From: Mobula hypostoma
Lineage: Eukaryota
NCBI RefSeq assembly: GCF_963921235.1
Contig: NC_086108.1
Location: 54,996,001-55,060,000 of the forward strand
DNA: 64,000 nucleotides
Direction: 5' to 3'
Shown: positions 37,079-51,366 of the stretch, in pieces
How the letters are laid out: the number at the start of each line of letters is the position of its first letter
Position numbering within the stretch: position 1 is the first letter of the stretch
Translations under genes and position numbers: made by a program
The notes under the pieces: model-generated
Database searches by the model: none
The model's input: only the letters and a program-made list of their open reading frames with translations
Told to the model about the DNA's origin: nothing

Positions 37079-38431
37079 GTAGGGTGATTGGTTAAAATTT
37101 TTAAAACTTAAATAGTATAGCCATGATTGTGAGATGTACATACAATCAACCTACCTTGTCACCTACCTTGTTGTCGAGGTGTGTCAGATGTAGGTAATTT
37201 CAATGTAAGGGCAATGTACCTTGCCTGTTTTCTACCACCCTCTTCCAGAACAACATTATGAGCATGCCTAAGGATGTAAAGTACTCGTCATGGAAATTGA
37301 CTTGTGATAAATGAATCTTTCAACTAAATTTCTGTACATCTTTGTAAAGTCACAAGGAAAGAATAGCTTGTGGATTCACACTTTGTCTCTCTGTGGAAAA
37401 AAATAGCTTGGTTCTAATTCAATGTTGAGAGATAATTAGGTGTCCAATTCTGTATATATCTTATCTACATTTCTTTACATTGACATATCTTCATGTATCC
37501 AGGCTTGCTTTGATCTCTTATTTTAAACATGATTAACTTAAAGATACTACATGTGTAACTTCAGATTTAGATTTTATAGTATTGGGAAAAGAAGACTGCA
37601 GAAACAAAGCTCACTAAAGCATTTGGCAATTTGGCAACTAGCGAAATGTATAACTTGATGCAGACTGTGCAGCACAGGTTGCATGGTTGGAAGGTCTGCT
37701 ATCTTGGGACTGCTCCAGAGGAAGCTTCAACAATGTTAACATTCTTCAAGTCAAAACTAGAAAAAAAGCAATTGCTAGAAAATAAAAGGAGTATTGTAGA
37801 TAGAAGGTCCTTTAGCAACAACACTGAACATCTCATTTACTCAGCACAATCTTCAGCTACAATATTCTGCAATTGCCAGACTTGACCTGGTCGGTGAGTG
37901 TTTAATATATTCCTGCAAGGGTGCTCAGCCTTTAATCTCATTATTAGCAAAGCTGTTGATCATGGAACTAGCAGGCCGCCTCACAATGCTTTTAATTTCA
38001 GCGTGAAATGATAACATATCACTCAGCTTGTTCACAAGTACAAGCAATTATTTTCTGGAGGGTTGCATAACATATTGCAGGAAGTAGTTTCAAGTTTACT
38101 TAATGTAATCAAAAATGTTTTTGCGTGTCCAACAGATTAATTTTTCCTTCCCTATTTCTCGTGTGCTCTTTCATTCTAGAGTACAGATTTCAATGTATCA
38201 GCTTCCTACAGGGACTGCCTCTGCAGCCCTTGTAAGTAATTTCAATGTGACCCAGCAGACAGACAATTTATTACATCAGATGCCAGTTTCTTTTTCTTTA
38301 AACTTGGACGATGTGTAAAACAGCATTGTCTGCAAGATTTGTTTCCAGCCAGGCAAATTAGATTTCTTTCTTTAGTCTTCACTATAACCCGACAAGAAAG
38401 CAGCATTCACCATCCAGGGCATGCTCTCCTT

Positions 38432-41400
38432 TTAGAACATAGAACATAGAATAGTACAGCACAGTACAAGCCCTTCGGCCCACAATGTTGTGCCGACCCT
38501 CAAACCCTGCCTCCCATATAAGCCCCCATCTTAAATTCCTCCATATACCTGTCTAGTAGTCTCTTAAAGTTCACTAGTGTATCTGCCACCACCACTGACT
38601 CAGGCAGGGTATTCCACACACCAACCACTCTCTGAGTAAAAAACCTTCCTCTAATATCCCCCTTGAACTTCCCACCCCTTACCTTAAAGCCATGTCCTCT
38701 TGTATTGAGCAGTGGTGCCCTGGGGAAGAAGTGCTGGCTATCCACTCTATCTATTCCTCATATTATCTTGTACACCTCTATCATGTCTCCTCTTGTCCTC
38801 CTTCTCTCCAAAGAGTAAAGCCCTAGCTCCCTTAATCTCTGATCATAATGCATACTCTCTAAACCAGGCAGCATCCTGGTAAATCTCCTCTGTACCCTTT
38901 CCAATGCTTCCACATCCTTCCTATAGTGAGGTGACCAGAACTGGACACAGTACTCCAAGTGTGGCCTAACCAGAGTTTTATAGAGCTGTATCATTACATC
39001 GCGACTCAAACTCTATCCCTCGACTTATGAAAGCTAACACCCCATAAGCTTTCTTAACTACCTTATCCACCTGTGAGGCAACTTTCAGGGATCTGTACCC
39101 CCAGATCCCTCTGCTCCTCCACACTATCAAGTATCCTGCCATTTACTTTGTACTCTGGCTTGGAGTTTGTCCTTCCGAAGTGTACCACCTCACACTTTTC
39201 CGGGTTGAACTCCATCTGCCACTTCTCAGCCCACTTCTGCATCCTATCAATGTCTCTCTGCAATCTTTGACAATCCTCTACACTATTTACAACACCACCA
39301 ACCTTTGTGTCGTCTGCAAACTTGCCAACCCACCCTTCTACCCCCACATCCAGGTCATTAATAAAAATCATGAAAAGTAGAGGTCCCAGAACAGATCCTT
39401 GTGGGACACCACTAGTCACAATCCTCCAATCTGAATGTACTCCCTCCACCACGACCCTCTGCCTTCTGCAGGCAAGCCAATTCTGAATCCTCCTGACCAA
39501 ACTTCCTTGGATCCCATGCCTTCTGACTTTCTGAATAAGCCTACCATGTGGAACCTTGTCAAATAGATGGATATAGATCACATCCACTGCACTATCCTCA
39601 TCTATATGCCTGGTCACCTCCTCAAAGAACTCTGTCAGGATTGTTAGACACGATCTGCCCTTCACAAAGCTATGCTGACTGTCCCTGATCAGACTATGAT
39701 TCTCTAAATGCCCATAGATCCTATCTCTAAGAATCTTTTCCAGCAGTTTTCCCACCACAGATGTAAGGCTCACTGGTCTACAATTACCCGGACTATCCCT
39801 ACTACCTTTTTTGAACAAGGGGACAATATTCGCCTCCCTCCAATCCTCCGGTACCATTCCCGTGGACAGCGAGGACATAAAGATTCTAGCCAGAGGCTCA
39901 GCAATCTCTTCCCTCACCTCGTGGAGCAGCCTGGGGAATATTCCGTCAGGCCCCGGGGACTTATCCGTCCTAATGTATTTTAACAACTCCAACACCTCCT
40001 CTCCCTTAATATCAACATGCTCCAGAACATCAACCTCACTCATATTGTCCTCACCATCATCAAGTTCCCTCTCATTGGTGAATACCGAAGAGAAGTATTC
40101 ATTGAGGACCTCGCTCACTTCCACAGACTCCAGGCACATCTTCCCACCTTTATCTCTAATCGGTCCTGTCATCCGTCACTCCTGTCATCCTTTTTTCTTC
40201 ACATAATTGAAGAATGCCTTGGGATTTTCCTTTACCCTACTCGCCAAGGCCTTCTCATGCCCCCTCCTTGCTCTTCTCAGCCCCTTCTTAAGCTCCTTTC
40301 TTGCTTTCCTATATTCCTCAATAGACCCATCTGATCCCTGCTTCCTAAACCTCATGTATGCTGCCTTCTTCCACCTGACTAGATTTTCCACCTCAATTGT
40401 CACCCATGGTTCCTTCACCCTACCATTCTTTACCTTCCTCACCGGGACAAATTTATCCCTAACATCCTGCAAGAGATCTCTAAACATCAACCACATGTCC
40501 ATAGTACATTTCCCTGCAAAAACATCATCCCAATTCACACCTGCAAGTTCTAGCCTTATAGCCTCATAGTTTGCCCTTCCCCAATTAAAAATTTTCCTGT
40601 CCTCTCTGATTCTATCCTTTTCCATGATAATGCTAAAGGCCAGGGAGCGGTGGTCACTGTCCCCCAGATGCTCACCCACTGAGAGATCTGTGACCTGACC
40701 CGGTTCATTACATAGTACTAGATCTAGTATGGCATTTCCCCTAGTCGGCCTGTCCACATACTGTGACAGGAATCCGTACTGGACACACTTAACAAACTCT
40801 GCCCCATCTAAACCCTTGGAACTAATCAGGTGCCAAATCAACATTAGGGAAGTTAAAGTCACTCATGATAACAACCCTGTTATTTTTGCACCTTTCCGAA
40901 ATCTGCCTCCCAATCTGCTCCTCCGTATCTCTGCTGCTACCAGGGGGCCTGTAGAATACTCCCAATAGAGTAACTGCTCCCCTCCTGTTCCTGACTTCCA
41001 CCCATACTGACTCAAAAGAGGATCCTGCTACATTACCCACCCTTTCTGTAGCTGTAATACTATTCCTGGCCAGTAATGCCACCCCTCCTCCTCTTTTTCC
41101 GCCCTCTCTATCCCTTTTAACGCACTGAAATCCAGGAATATTGAGAATCCATTCCTGCCCTGGTGCCAGCCAAGTCTCTGTAATGACCACTGCATCATAA
41201 TTCCGTGTATGTATCCAAGCTCTCAGTTCATCACCTTTGTTCTTGATGCTTCTTACACTGAGGTACACACATATCAGCCCTTCTACCTTACTGTCTTTAC
41301 ACCGTTTATTCTGCTTCTCTTTCCTCAAAGACTCTCTATATGTTAGATCTGGCTTTAATCCATGCACTTCTTTCACTGCTTTATTGCTCTGGGTCCCATC

Positions 41401-42440
41401 CCCCTTGCAAATTAGTTTAAACCCTCCCGAACCATGCTAGCAAACCTACCTGCAAGGATATTGCTCCCCCTCGAGTTCAGGTGCAACCCATCCAATCTGT
41501 ACAGGTCCCAGAAAAATCCAAAACCCTGCTCCCTGCACCAACTCCTCAGCCACGCATTCAACTGCCATCTCCTCCAATTCTTACCATCACTGTCACGTAG
41601 CACTGACAGCAATCCTGAGAATGCCACCCTTGAGATCCTGTTCTTCAGCCTTCTGCCTAGTTCCCGAAACTCACACTTCAGGACCTCATCCCTCTGCCTG
41701 CCTATGTTGTTGGTCCCAAAATGTATCACGACTTCTGGTTGCTTTCCCTCTTGTACCAGGATGTCGTGCACCCGGTCAGAGACATCCCGGACCCTGGCAC
41801 CCGGGAGGGAACAAACCATGCGGGTGTCCTTCTCACGTCCAGAAAATCTCCTGTCTGCTCCCCTGACTATAGAGTCTCCAATGATGACAGCTCTCCTCTT
41901 CTCTGTCCTACGCTTCTGCACCACCGGGTCAGACTCAGTGCCGGAGGCCCTGCCACCATGGCTCACACCTGGTCGGTTGTCCCCGCCAACAGTATCCAGG
42001 ATGGTAAACTTATTATTCAGGGGAATGGCTACAGGGGTGCTCTGCACTACCTGTCTGCTCACTTTCACTTTCCCCCCTCTGACTGTCACCCAACGACCTG
42101 CTTCTGACAGCCTAGGTGTGACTACCTCCCTTAGCTCTCATCTATGATTGCCTCATTCTCCCTTACGAGTCGAAGGTCATCCAGGTGCTGCTCCAGATTC
42201 CTTACACGGTCTTCCAGATCGCCCAGCCGTATGCTGTTCTGGCAGATGTGACTCTGTGGTAGAGGGGCATTCCTCCAAGACTGCCACATCTCACAAGAGA
42301 GGCACATCACCATCTCAGGAGGCATTGTAAAGACTAACTGCGAGCAAGCTCGTCCTCCGCCTCTTCTCGTCGAAGCCTCTTGAGTCAAAGCCTCAAAGCT
42401 CCACTCCTTCACTGGCCCACTCACTCACTGGCCGCTTTCC
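38432..42440 (-). mobile_element. Near full-length CR1 LINE (ORF1 Cys-rich plus SGNH esterase; ORF2 APE endonuclease plus RT), frame-shifted
   Basis: ORF1 GDSIVRG..PGARV..GTNN..DGLHL; endonuclease ITETWL..YRPP..DFN..LDLV..SDH; RT SGVPQGSVLGPLLF..FADDTK; (TTCTATG)n tail. Sits inside a Rex1 remnant. Confidence 0.95.
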
Positions 42441-42832
42441 ATATTATTTTGCTGCTGTCATTAGGAGCCTCAGGTTCCACACCTCCCGATTTAGGAACAG
42501 TTATTACCAGTCAACTTTCAGGCTCCTGAATCAGAGGGGGTAACTTCACACACCTCAATTCTGAATGGATTCCACAACCTATGGACTCACTTTCAATGAG
42601 TCTACAACTCTGTTCTCAGTATTATTTATCTGCCAGAGCTTTTAAAAAAAATTCGCACAGTTAGTCTTTTGCACATTGGTTATTTGTCAGTCTTTGTATG
42701 CAGTTTTCCATTGATTCTATTGTATTTCTCTGCTCTGTATGAATGCCTGCAAGAAAATGAATCTCAAGATAGTATATAGTGACATATATGTACTTTGATA
42801 ATAAATTTACTTTGTACTTTTGTACTTTGTAT
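42441..42832 (+). mobile_element. Rex1/Babar 3' end, continuing from about 38390-38431
   Basis: FRNSYY remnant, 3'UTR and (TTTGTAC)n tail. Confidence 0.7.
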
Positions 42833-44035
42833 AAGGACAGATTCTGTTGTGTCTGGTCATGCTATGAAGTCAAATGGCAGCAAGTATTACTGGATAACCA
42901 TGAAGAAGCATAGATCATTATCAGAATGCTGGACAAGAACTGTGATGCGGCTGTGGTAGTGGCATCTGTATGACTATGGTGCTGGCTACAGAAAGTTAAA
43001 CATTTGCTGTATAATTAGCTTCCTGTCTGTAGTGTGACAGTAGGAACTGTCATTAATGCTCCCCAATAACATGTTTATTTTGGGTTGGACTGTTCATTCA
43101 GATCCTTAATGTCTTGCTTCAGCAATATGAGGTACCCTCCTGCTTCAAACAGGCTTCAATTATACCAGTGCCTAAGAAGAACATGGTGATCTGCTTCAAT
43201 GACTATCATCCAGTAGCACTTACATCCGCAGTGATGAATTGCTCTGAGAGGTTGGTCATGAAACATATCAATTGCTGCCTGAGAAGTGACTTAGATTCTC
43301 TCCAATTTGCCTACTGGAGCAACAGGTCCATAGTAGTTACAATCTCATTGGCTTGTCACTCAACCCTGGAACATCTCATAGCAAAGATATACACATCAGG
43401 ATGCTCTTTTTTGACTATAGCTCAGCATTTAATTCTATCGTCCCCTCATAACTAATCAATAAACTCCTAGACCTTGGCCGCAGTACTTCCTTATACAATT
43501 GGACCCTCGATTTCCACACTTGCAGTTCAGATTGGCAACAACATTTCCTCCAGGATCTCCATCAGCACAGGCTGTGTGCTTATCCCCCTGCTCTACTCAC
43601 TTTACACCTATGACCGTGTGGCAAAGCACAGCTCCAATGCCATATTCACGTTTGCTAATGACACCACTGTCATAGGCCAAATCAAAGATGGTGATGAATC
43701 AGTATATTCGAGGGAGATTGAAAATCTGGCTGAGTGGTTCTACAACAACAACCTCCTAGTCAATGTCAGCAAGACCAAGGAGCTGATTATTGAGTTCAGA
43801 CGAAGGAAACAAGAAGTCCACAAGCCAGTCCTCATCAGAGGACCAGAGGTGGAGAATGTCAGCAACTTTAAGTTCTTTGGTGTTCTTATTTCGGAGGACC
43901 CGTGCTGGGCTCAGGACATAAGTGCAATTATAAAGAAAGCATGCAGAGCCTCTACTTCCTCAGGAGTTTGCGAAGATTCGGCATGACATCTAAAACATTG
44001 ACAAACTTCTATAGCTGTATGGTGAAAAGTATATT

Positions 44036-44610
44036 GAATTGAATTGAATTAATTTTATTACTTATATCCTTCATATACATGAGGAGTAAAAATCTTTACG
44101 TTACGTCTCCATCTAAATGTGCAATGTGCAATTTATAGTAATTTATAATAAATAGTATGTATAACAAGACAGTCAATATAACATAGAAATACAGTGTCAG
44201 CATGAGTTAATCAGTCTGATGGCCTGGTGGAAGAAGCTGTCCCAGAGCCTGCTGGTCCTGGCTTTGATGTTGTGGTACTCTTTCCCGGATGGTAGCACCT
44301 GGAACAATTTATGGTTGGGTGACTCGGGATCCTTCGGGCCCTTTTTACACACCTCTCTTTGTAAACATCCCGAATAGTGGAAGTTCACATCTACAGATGC
44401 GCTGAGCTGTCCACACCCCTCTCTGCAGAGTCCTGCAATTGAAGGAAGTACAGTTCTCATACCAGGCAGTGATGCAGCCAGTCAGGATGCTCTCAATTGT
44501 GCCCCTGTGGAAGGTTCTTAAGATTTGGGGGCCCATACCAAATTTCTTCAACCATCTGAGATGAAAGAGGTGCTGTTGTGCCTTTTATGCCACACAGCCG
44601 GTATGTACAC
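44036..44610 (-). mobile_element. Rex1/Babar-type LINE 3' fragment, nested
   Basis: KKFGMGPQILRTF.RGTIESILTGCITAWY; (AATTC)n tail on the minus strand. Confidence 0.85.
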
Positions 44611-45089
44611 ATCACTGGAAACGCCAGTGACATGGACTGACTGGAAACACCAATGCCCTTGAAAGGAAAATCCTACAGAAAGTAGTGGATACAGCCCAGT
44701 CCATCACAGGTAAATCCCTCACCACCAATGAGCACATCTACATGCAACACTGTTGCAGGAAAGCAGCATTCATCATCAGGGACCCCCATCAACCAGAACA
44801 TGCTCTCTTCTTGCTACTGCCATCACGAAGAAGGTACAGGAGCAATAGGACTCACACCACCAGGTTCTCGAAACAAAGGGGTAACTTCACTCAACTTCGC
44901 TTGCTCCATCGTTGAAATGTTCCCACAACCAATGGACTAACATTCAAGAACTCTTCATCTCATGTTCTTGATATTTATTGCTTATTTATTATAATTATTT
45001 CTTTATTTTTGTATTTGCACAGTTTGTTACTTTTTGCATACTGGTTGAATGCCCAAGTTAGTGTGGTCTTTCATTGATTCTGTTATGGT

Positions 45090-45326
45090 GTTGGGCACGT
45101 GGCCAAGTGGTTAAGGCATTTGTCTAGTGATCTGAAGGTTGCTAGTTGAAGCCTTAGCTGTGCAGCATGTTTGTGTCCTTGAGCAAGGCACTTAACCACA
45201 CATTGCTCTTGTGTCTGTGCGAGGAGTGGCGCCCCACACAGACTTCCAATCTGCACCTTGTAAGGCATGAAAATATCCAACACAGGCCTCTCAAGGTCTG
45301 AGTTGACGTTTCCCCCCCCCACCCCC
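45090..45326 (+). mobile_element. tRNA-derived SINE with target-site duplication
   Basis: Head shared with the 11409 copy; GTTATGGT at 45082-45089 and 45327-45334. Confidence 0.8.
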
Positions 45327-46134
45327 GTTATGGTTATTATTCTGTGGATTTATTGAGTATGCCCACAATAAAGTGAATCTCAGGGTTATATATGGTGATA
45401 TACTGTATATGCATTTTGATAATAAATTTACTTTGAACTTTTTTGAGCTTTCATAAAGAGCAAAGTCATCAGGTGCTATTCATAGGCACATGAAGGGTTC
45501 AGAAATCTGATGTTGGAGGGGATGATGTTTCAAAAACATTGAGTGTTCTTATTTGGGCTCCTGTACCTCCTCCATGATGGTAGTAATGAGAAGAGAAGAT
45601 GGTGAGAGGACGCCACCTTTTTGAGACACTGCACTTTGAAGATGTTTGGTATAGTGAATGAAGGGATATGGATCATGTGCAAGCAGAAGTGGTTTTCGAA
45701 TTTTGCTTCATGTTTGACTCAGACATTGTGAGCCCAAAGATCTGTTCCAGTGCAGTTCAGTTCTATGCTCTATGTTCTAAGGTACCAAAGGAGAATTACA
45801 GTTAATCGGGATCCGGAAGAATGCTATTCAGTAGATAAAGAGATATATGTGTAATGCAAAGGAAGGTGGTATAACTGATGGGGGCAGACACAAGTATTGT
45901 TAAGAATGATTGATAGGAACAGATAGAATGGATAAGAATAGGAACAGCATCCACTCCATCAGCGTCGTCCTCTCACCAGCTTAAGAACAACTCCAAGGCA
46001 ATGTAAACAATTTCATTCATAAATTTCCTTATGGTATAGCATTTCATGGCAGTATAGAGTAGGAACTGAATGTCATCCGGACTTAGGCTGCATGACAGGT
46101 TGCTGAGTCAGGGAACCACGGGCGTGAGTAGTGA

Positions 46135-47030
46135 CATCAGTGGTGGGTAGCTCCTGGAGGTAATTTTGAGGGACAGGTCCATCAACAAGCTAATTTGGAA
46201 TAGTCATCAATGCTTTGAGTGCGGGGAAATCATGTTCGAGAAATGGAAGAATTTTTTTGAGGATAGATGATGCTCGGGCAATGGAAGGTGTTTCTTAGTC
46301 TGGAGACCTGTGAAGGTGTTTCTTGGTCTGGAGATCTGTGATCAGTTGTGTGCCAAAGAGGTTGTGGCTCGGACCTTTGTTGTGCATAATTAATATAAAT
46401 AATTTGGATGTGAGCATACAAGGCTTGATTAGTAAGTTTGCGGATCATACTAAAGTAGGTGGTATTATAGATACTGAAGAGAGTTACCAAGAACTACAGA
46501 GGGGTCTTATTCATCCAGGAAAATGGGATGAAGATTGCCATAGGCACAAGAGATCTGAAGATTGCCAAATGGCTTTCAATTTGGATAAGTGTGAAATGTT
46601 GCACTTTGGAAAGTCAAACCAAGAAGGACTTGTAGACTGGTTGCACCCTGAGAGGTGCTGGGGAAAAGAGGATCCTAAAAGTACGAATACACGGTTAGCT
46701 GAAAGTGAGATCACAGAGAGACAGGGTGGTGAAGAAGGTGTCTGGCATGCAAGCTATCATCATTCAGACATTGAGTATAGTGTCGCAGTTGTACAAAATG
46801 TTGGTGAGACTGCACTAGGAGTATTGTGTGCACTATTGGTCGTCCTGTTATAGGAAGAACTTCATTAAGTTAGGATGTGCAGAAACGGTTCCTGAAAATG
46901 TTGCCAGGACTTGAGGACCTGATTTATAGGGAAATGTTGGGCAGGTTAAGACTTTATTCCTTAGAATATAGGAGGTTGAGTGGTGACCTGATGGAAGTGT
47001 ATAAGATCATGAGGGGTAAGGATAGGGAGC
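46135..47030 (+). mobile_element. Decayed CR1-clade LINE
   Basis: LGPLL..ININNLD..ISKFADHTKVGG. Confidence 0.8.
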
Positions 47031-47809
47031 ATGCATAACAGCAGCATTCCAAACCAAATTGAGTCCTTAGATCTAAATCCCTGGAGCAGCCTGGAGCAGG
47101 CCCAAAGCCTTGGTATTCAGTTCTTCATATTAGCCGGGCAGGTCATCACAAAGTTTGGCAGACACAAAGCACAGCAGCTAGGGACAACCTCACAGCCTCA
47201 ATGTCATGGAGAGAAGAGCCCTTAGTCTCTATGGGCCGGCATTTAAATTGACTGAACAGTAGATCGTACCTTCCATTAGGACCTGGGCTCCATCGTGGCG
47301 AATCACTCTGGGCCTAGAACACACGACCCAGTTGCTGTCTCTTCATCCTTCTGGGTAGAAGTTCAGGATTTCCTTTGGTTCCACCAGGTTTGCGTGCAGT
47401 CAAATTTTACATTTCAATTTACCATCTAGAAATACATTGAAATGTTGCAGTTGTGGAGAAGTCTCAAGTTGTCAACATTTTAAAAAATGTTGCAATTTCC
47501 TTGCGAGCTGATTTCTGGAGGGAATTGGATAGCTTGCCATCAGTGATGTGAAAGTAAATGGTTGAGTGGGAGTGAGTACAACAAAATAATCTCATTGAAG
47601 AGCTCATATAATGATGTGAACTGAAATAGCAAAGCTTAAGTGGTTTATTTTTATCTGAATTTTTGTCATACAATTACTTCCACTACAGTTACTGCTACCC
47701 ACACATATGATTAGAAATGAAACTATTATTTTAAAACTAACCCCTGTCTCGAGTGCAAAACATATTGGCATGGAAATTCATTTATGTCCATTTTTGACAG
47801 CAGGATAGT

Positions 47810-48140
47810 TCAAAAAGTTCAAAAGTAAATTGATTATTAAAGTACATGTATGTCACTGTTCACAACCCTGAGATTTATTTTGTTAGAGGCACACACAGTA
47901 AATCCAAGAAACATTATAGAATCAATGAAAACCTGCACCCAACAGGATGGACAAACTACCGCTGTGCCGATGTGCAAAAACGAAAGAGAAAATAAGAAAA
48001 AATAATATATAAGCAATTAATAATGAGAACATGAGATGAAGAGTCCTTGAAAGTGAGTCAATAGGTTGTGGGAATAGTTCAGTGATGGGACAAATGAAGT
48101 TGAATGAAGTGATACCCTCTGGTTCAATAACCTGATGGAT
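47810..48140 (-). mobile_element. Rex1/Babar 3'UTR fragment
   Basis: Similar to 127-430 and 9657-9960. Confidence 0.65.
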
Positions 48141-48399
48141 GAGGGTTCAGAACTTGAAAGGACGGCAGAAAATGGCATTGCACTATATGCATGTTAGTTC
48201 AGGAGCAGGGGCTTATTTAAATGCTTATTGCTTACAGTTAGTTGCTCTTAGGAAGGGCTGCGCTTAAATCATTGCAGTGTTCCTAGCAGCAAATGGCCAC
48301 AGTGAGGTCCAATTTTGCAAAAGTGCATTCAGCCCCGTGTCTGTATGTGCAGCAGTAGCAGAGGTAGTGTGATCTCCTGAGTATGATGTTCTCTTCAGG

Positions 48400-48870
48400 G
48401 GCTGTACAGGCCGATCTGGAATTCATGCATTCTGGTGCAGGTCTGGCAAGTGTAAGTGGTTAGTGGTCAGGTCATTTGGTTGTTCAGTCTCTCCCTTTGC
48501 AGATGCTGCTCGTTCCCAGTGGCACAGTGGAGGTCAGTCTTATGTAGCACCACTTCCTCTTGAACAGATTTCCTCCAGGTGTACCTATGAGTGCAATGTC
48601 TTCCCAGTGTTTCGATGTAATGTTGAATTTCTTTGGGCTGATTTTGATGTTATATTTCCTTTGTCCACCAGGAGTTCACTGACATTTGTTTAACTGGGAG
48701 TAAAGGATCTGTTTGGGGAGATGTGAGTTGGGCATCCAGATAACATGATCTATCCATTGGAGTAGGTATTGCTTTATCATAGTGGAGATGCTATTCATGT
48801 TGGCCTCCTTCAATATGATGATTATGTGAACCGTCCTTCCAGCTGAGCCTCAAAGTCTTTTCTACCTCTC
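48400..48870 (-). mobile_element. Old RTE-clade LINE RT C-terminal remnant
   Basis: Minus strand remnant resembling W.D...ANM.SI..M...LQW..HV..M. Confidence 0.45.
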
Positions 48871-49779
48871 TGTAAGTCCAAAGGAACTAATGACATGGGC
48901 TCAGCATTAATTTTTAATTCTTCTCCGAATCTCTTACTTCCTTTTTAAATGAGGCATTGTGTCAAGATGATGGGGATGGGAGCAAGTTGAGATGGCTGCA
49001 GAGTGGAGAACACATCCAGCCAAGAATGGAGAAAGTAAGAATGAGTGGGAGGGGCAAGAAAATGGTGTTTGGGTTGAAGGCAATAGAAGGAAATCCGGAG
49101 TTGGGTGGATCTAGTTAGGATCTCGGTTTAAAGCCTGAAGCCAGTTGATCATTGGTGTGGGTGGTCGCTGGTAGATATAGCTGAGATGAGATCAAGGCCA
49201 CCTGGTGCAATCTGCAGTGACAATTTCAAAATCTGCGGAAAGGATTTGGTCAGCAAAGATCAGTAATATAAGGAGATACCTGAGTAGGCTGTTTTCTGAA
49301 GAAGTGTTCTTGACTATGGAAGGACAAAGTCTTTGTTGTTCAGAATATAAAGTTAACTTATGATCTGCTTCTGTCATGACCTTCCTTTCATTACATAATC
49401 AGATGTGAGGTTTTGTGGTCCAACAGCCTTGCCTGCACCCTGTGCTCATATCTGTTTCTTGATATCACGAGGAGTGCATTGAACTGGTTGGAGGCTGGCT
49501 TCTATGCTGGTGAAGATCAGGGGACAAAGGCGAATGAGTCATTAGCTGACATTTTTGACTGAACACGGTTGTGAATGCCTCACCTTTGTCATTAACTGTG
49601 CATGTTGGACCCTGTCATCACTGACAATGGGATATATCTGGAGCCTTCTGATACCTGTCAATGTCTGCTAAGACCCTTATGCATCTCTGTTCTTCCCATT
49701 GTTTACTAGAGTAAATGATGAAATACATTTCTTTTCTGATTGCTTGTGCAATTCTTATTATTGCTGTCTCTCTTTGCAG

Positions 49780-49933
49780 ACTTTATTTGCTGTCAATGAG
49801 ACATTTATCATCACTGAAGTAGCTGATCCTTGTGCGATATATGTTGTCCGTGTACGCTGTATGAGGTTTGAAGGACCTGGATACCAAAGTGAATGGAGCA
49901 GTTTAGTGAATACAAATCTTGCAGACATCCAGG
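49780..49933 (+). CDS. LEPR: LEPR exon (exon 13 equivalent): TLFAVNETFIITEVADPCAIYVVRVRCMRFEGPGYQSEWSSLVNTNLADIQ
   Basis: tttgcAG / GTAATT; matches human [25 protein letters not shown]...DIK. Confidence 0.93.
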
Positions 49934-51283
49934 GTAATTTTTTTGTCTAGCTTTAGACTAATAAATAACCAATAAAGTTCCTCAAATAATTCTGTGAAAA
50001 ATAGATTAAGGTCATAAGGTTATATTTGGTGTATCAATGTCATTTAACTTCAACAAGATGTTTTTACAAACGATGTTCTTCAGATTACTTATGCATTTTC
50101 TTACTTCCATTTTTGCTTCCTCCTACATTTATGCTGTCCCATCTCTGGTTCACACTTGTGCCTCATCTTTGGGCACAACTACAGGTCTCTTAACTGTACC
50201 GAACAGTGGCAGAAGATTATGGTTTTACTTGGTTTCATTGCTGGTCACAATCCCAAACACTTCAATAGGTGGAGCTTTTCCCAATTTCCCAATTAGTGCC
50301 AAAAAGTTCTAATAAAGAACAGCGGGCAATTTCCTTTGAAGGGTAACATGCTGATATTCACACCTGAGAAAGGTTAGAACATGGTTATGAAACATGAACT
50401 GTATAAAATACATGTTTTATTTTTGAGCATTCAGTACAAATTTGTTTTGCGTAACTACAGTTATTTGGGGGGGATGACAACTGTAAAAGTCATTCTATTA
50501 GAAATTATTCAATGTGCAAAACAAAAGTAATGATAAATTACTTCAAATTTTTTCAAATTGTTTATCAAAGTGACACTTTACAAAGTAATGACTTTTGCAG
50601 AAGTTTGTAACTAGATTAAAATATTCTTGATTGTTAATTTGGAAGACTCTTGGGCAGGGATTTGGGAGTTTTCCCTCATGTACACCCATTGCCAACATCG
50701 AAGTTTTCTGCATTTATAGCAGACTAGAGCAACTGTTGTTAGCACCTAATCTCAAATGAACTGAGGAATTTTTTCCTACTTAATTTTAGTAGCAAGTTAT
50801 TGCTAAAACATTTAGTGCTCTAGCTGGAATTCTGAGTGTGCACCCAATATGTAATGAATTTAATGTAATAATAGTAACGAGTGCTGTGATTTTTCCAGGT
50901 TGAGGCACTGGCGTAAAGCCCTTAAACCCAAAGAGAATTTTTGTCAAATTGTCTATGATTCATATTGTGCTATAGCAGTCTTGTGGAATGAGTAGTAAAA
51001 CAGCCTACTGTCTGTGATTACTAGTGTACATATAGCTATATGTTTGGCATTTGGCATAATTACAAAATTGTTCTGTGTTACTGCAGCAATGCACCTGAGG
51101 TATTAATCTCTCTCTCTTTTGGGCTGATAGTGCTGACTAATTAATGTTTCCTGTGCTTGTTAGATTTGCTGCTTTTCTTTATTAAATGTCTATAGTTCAA
51201 GCAGTTGGATAATATCATATTTTTAGGATTACTTGTATTCTATATTAAAAATGTGAATACTTTTTTGACATTTTCTTCTGCAG

Positions 51284-51366
51284 AACCAACCACAGGGCCT
51301 GACTTTTGGCGATTTATTGATAGTGATCCCTTGACCAAGCAGTCAAATATCACACTGATGTGGAAG
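51284..51366 (+). CDS. LEPR: LEPR exon (exon 14 equivalent): (E)PTTGPDFWRFIDSDPLTKQSNITLMWK
   Basis: ctgcAG / GTAAAG, 83 nt; matches human PMRGPEFWRII...NVTLLWK. Confidence 0.95.

Larger units (their letters stand above)
43100..45440 (+). mobile_element. Rex1/Babar-type LINE interrupted by an antisense Rex1 (44036-44610) and a SINE
   Basis: [35 protein letters not shown]; resumes at about 44635 through the 3'UTR. Confidence 0.85.

Noticed and set aside
46101..46110. Perfect ARE/MARE TGCTGAGTCA (also AP-1 TGAGTCA at 15347)
   Set aside because: Isolated short motifs expected by chance in 64 kb; no supporting context.
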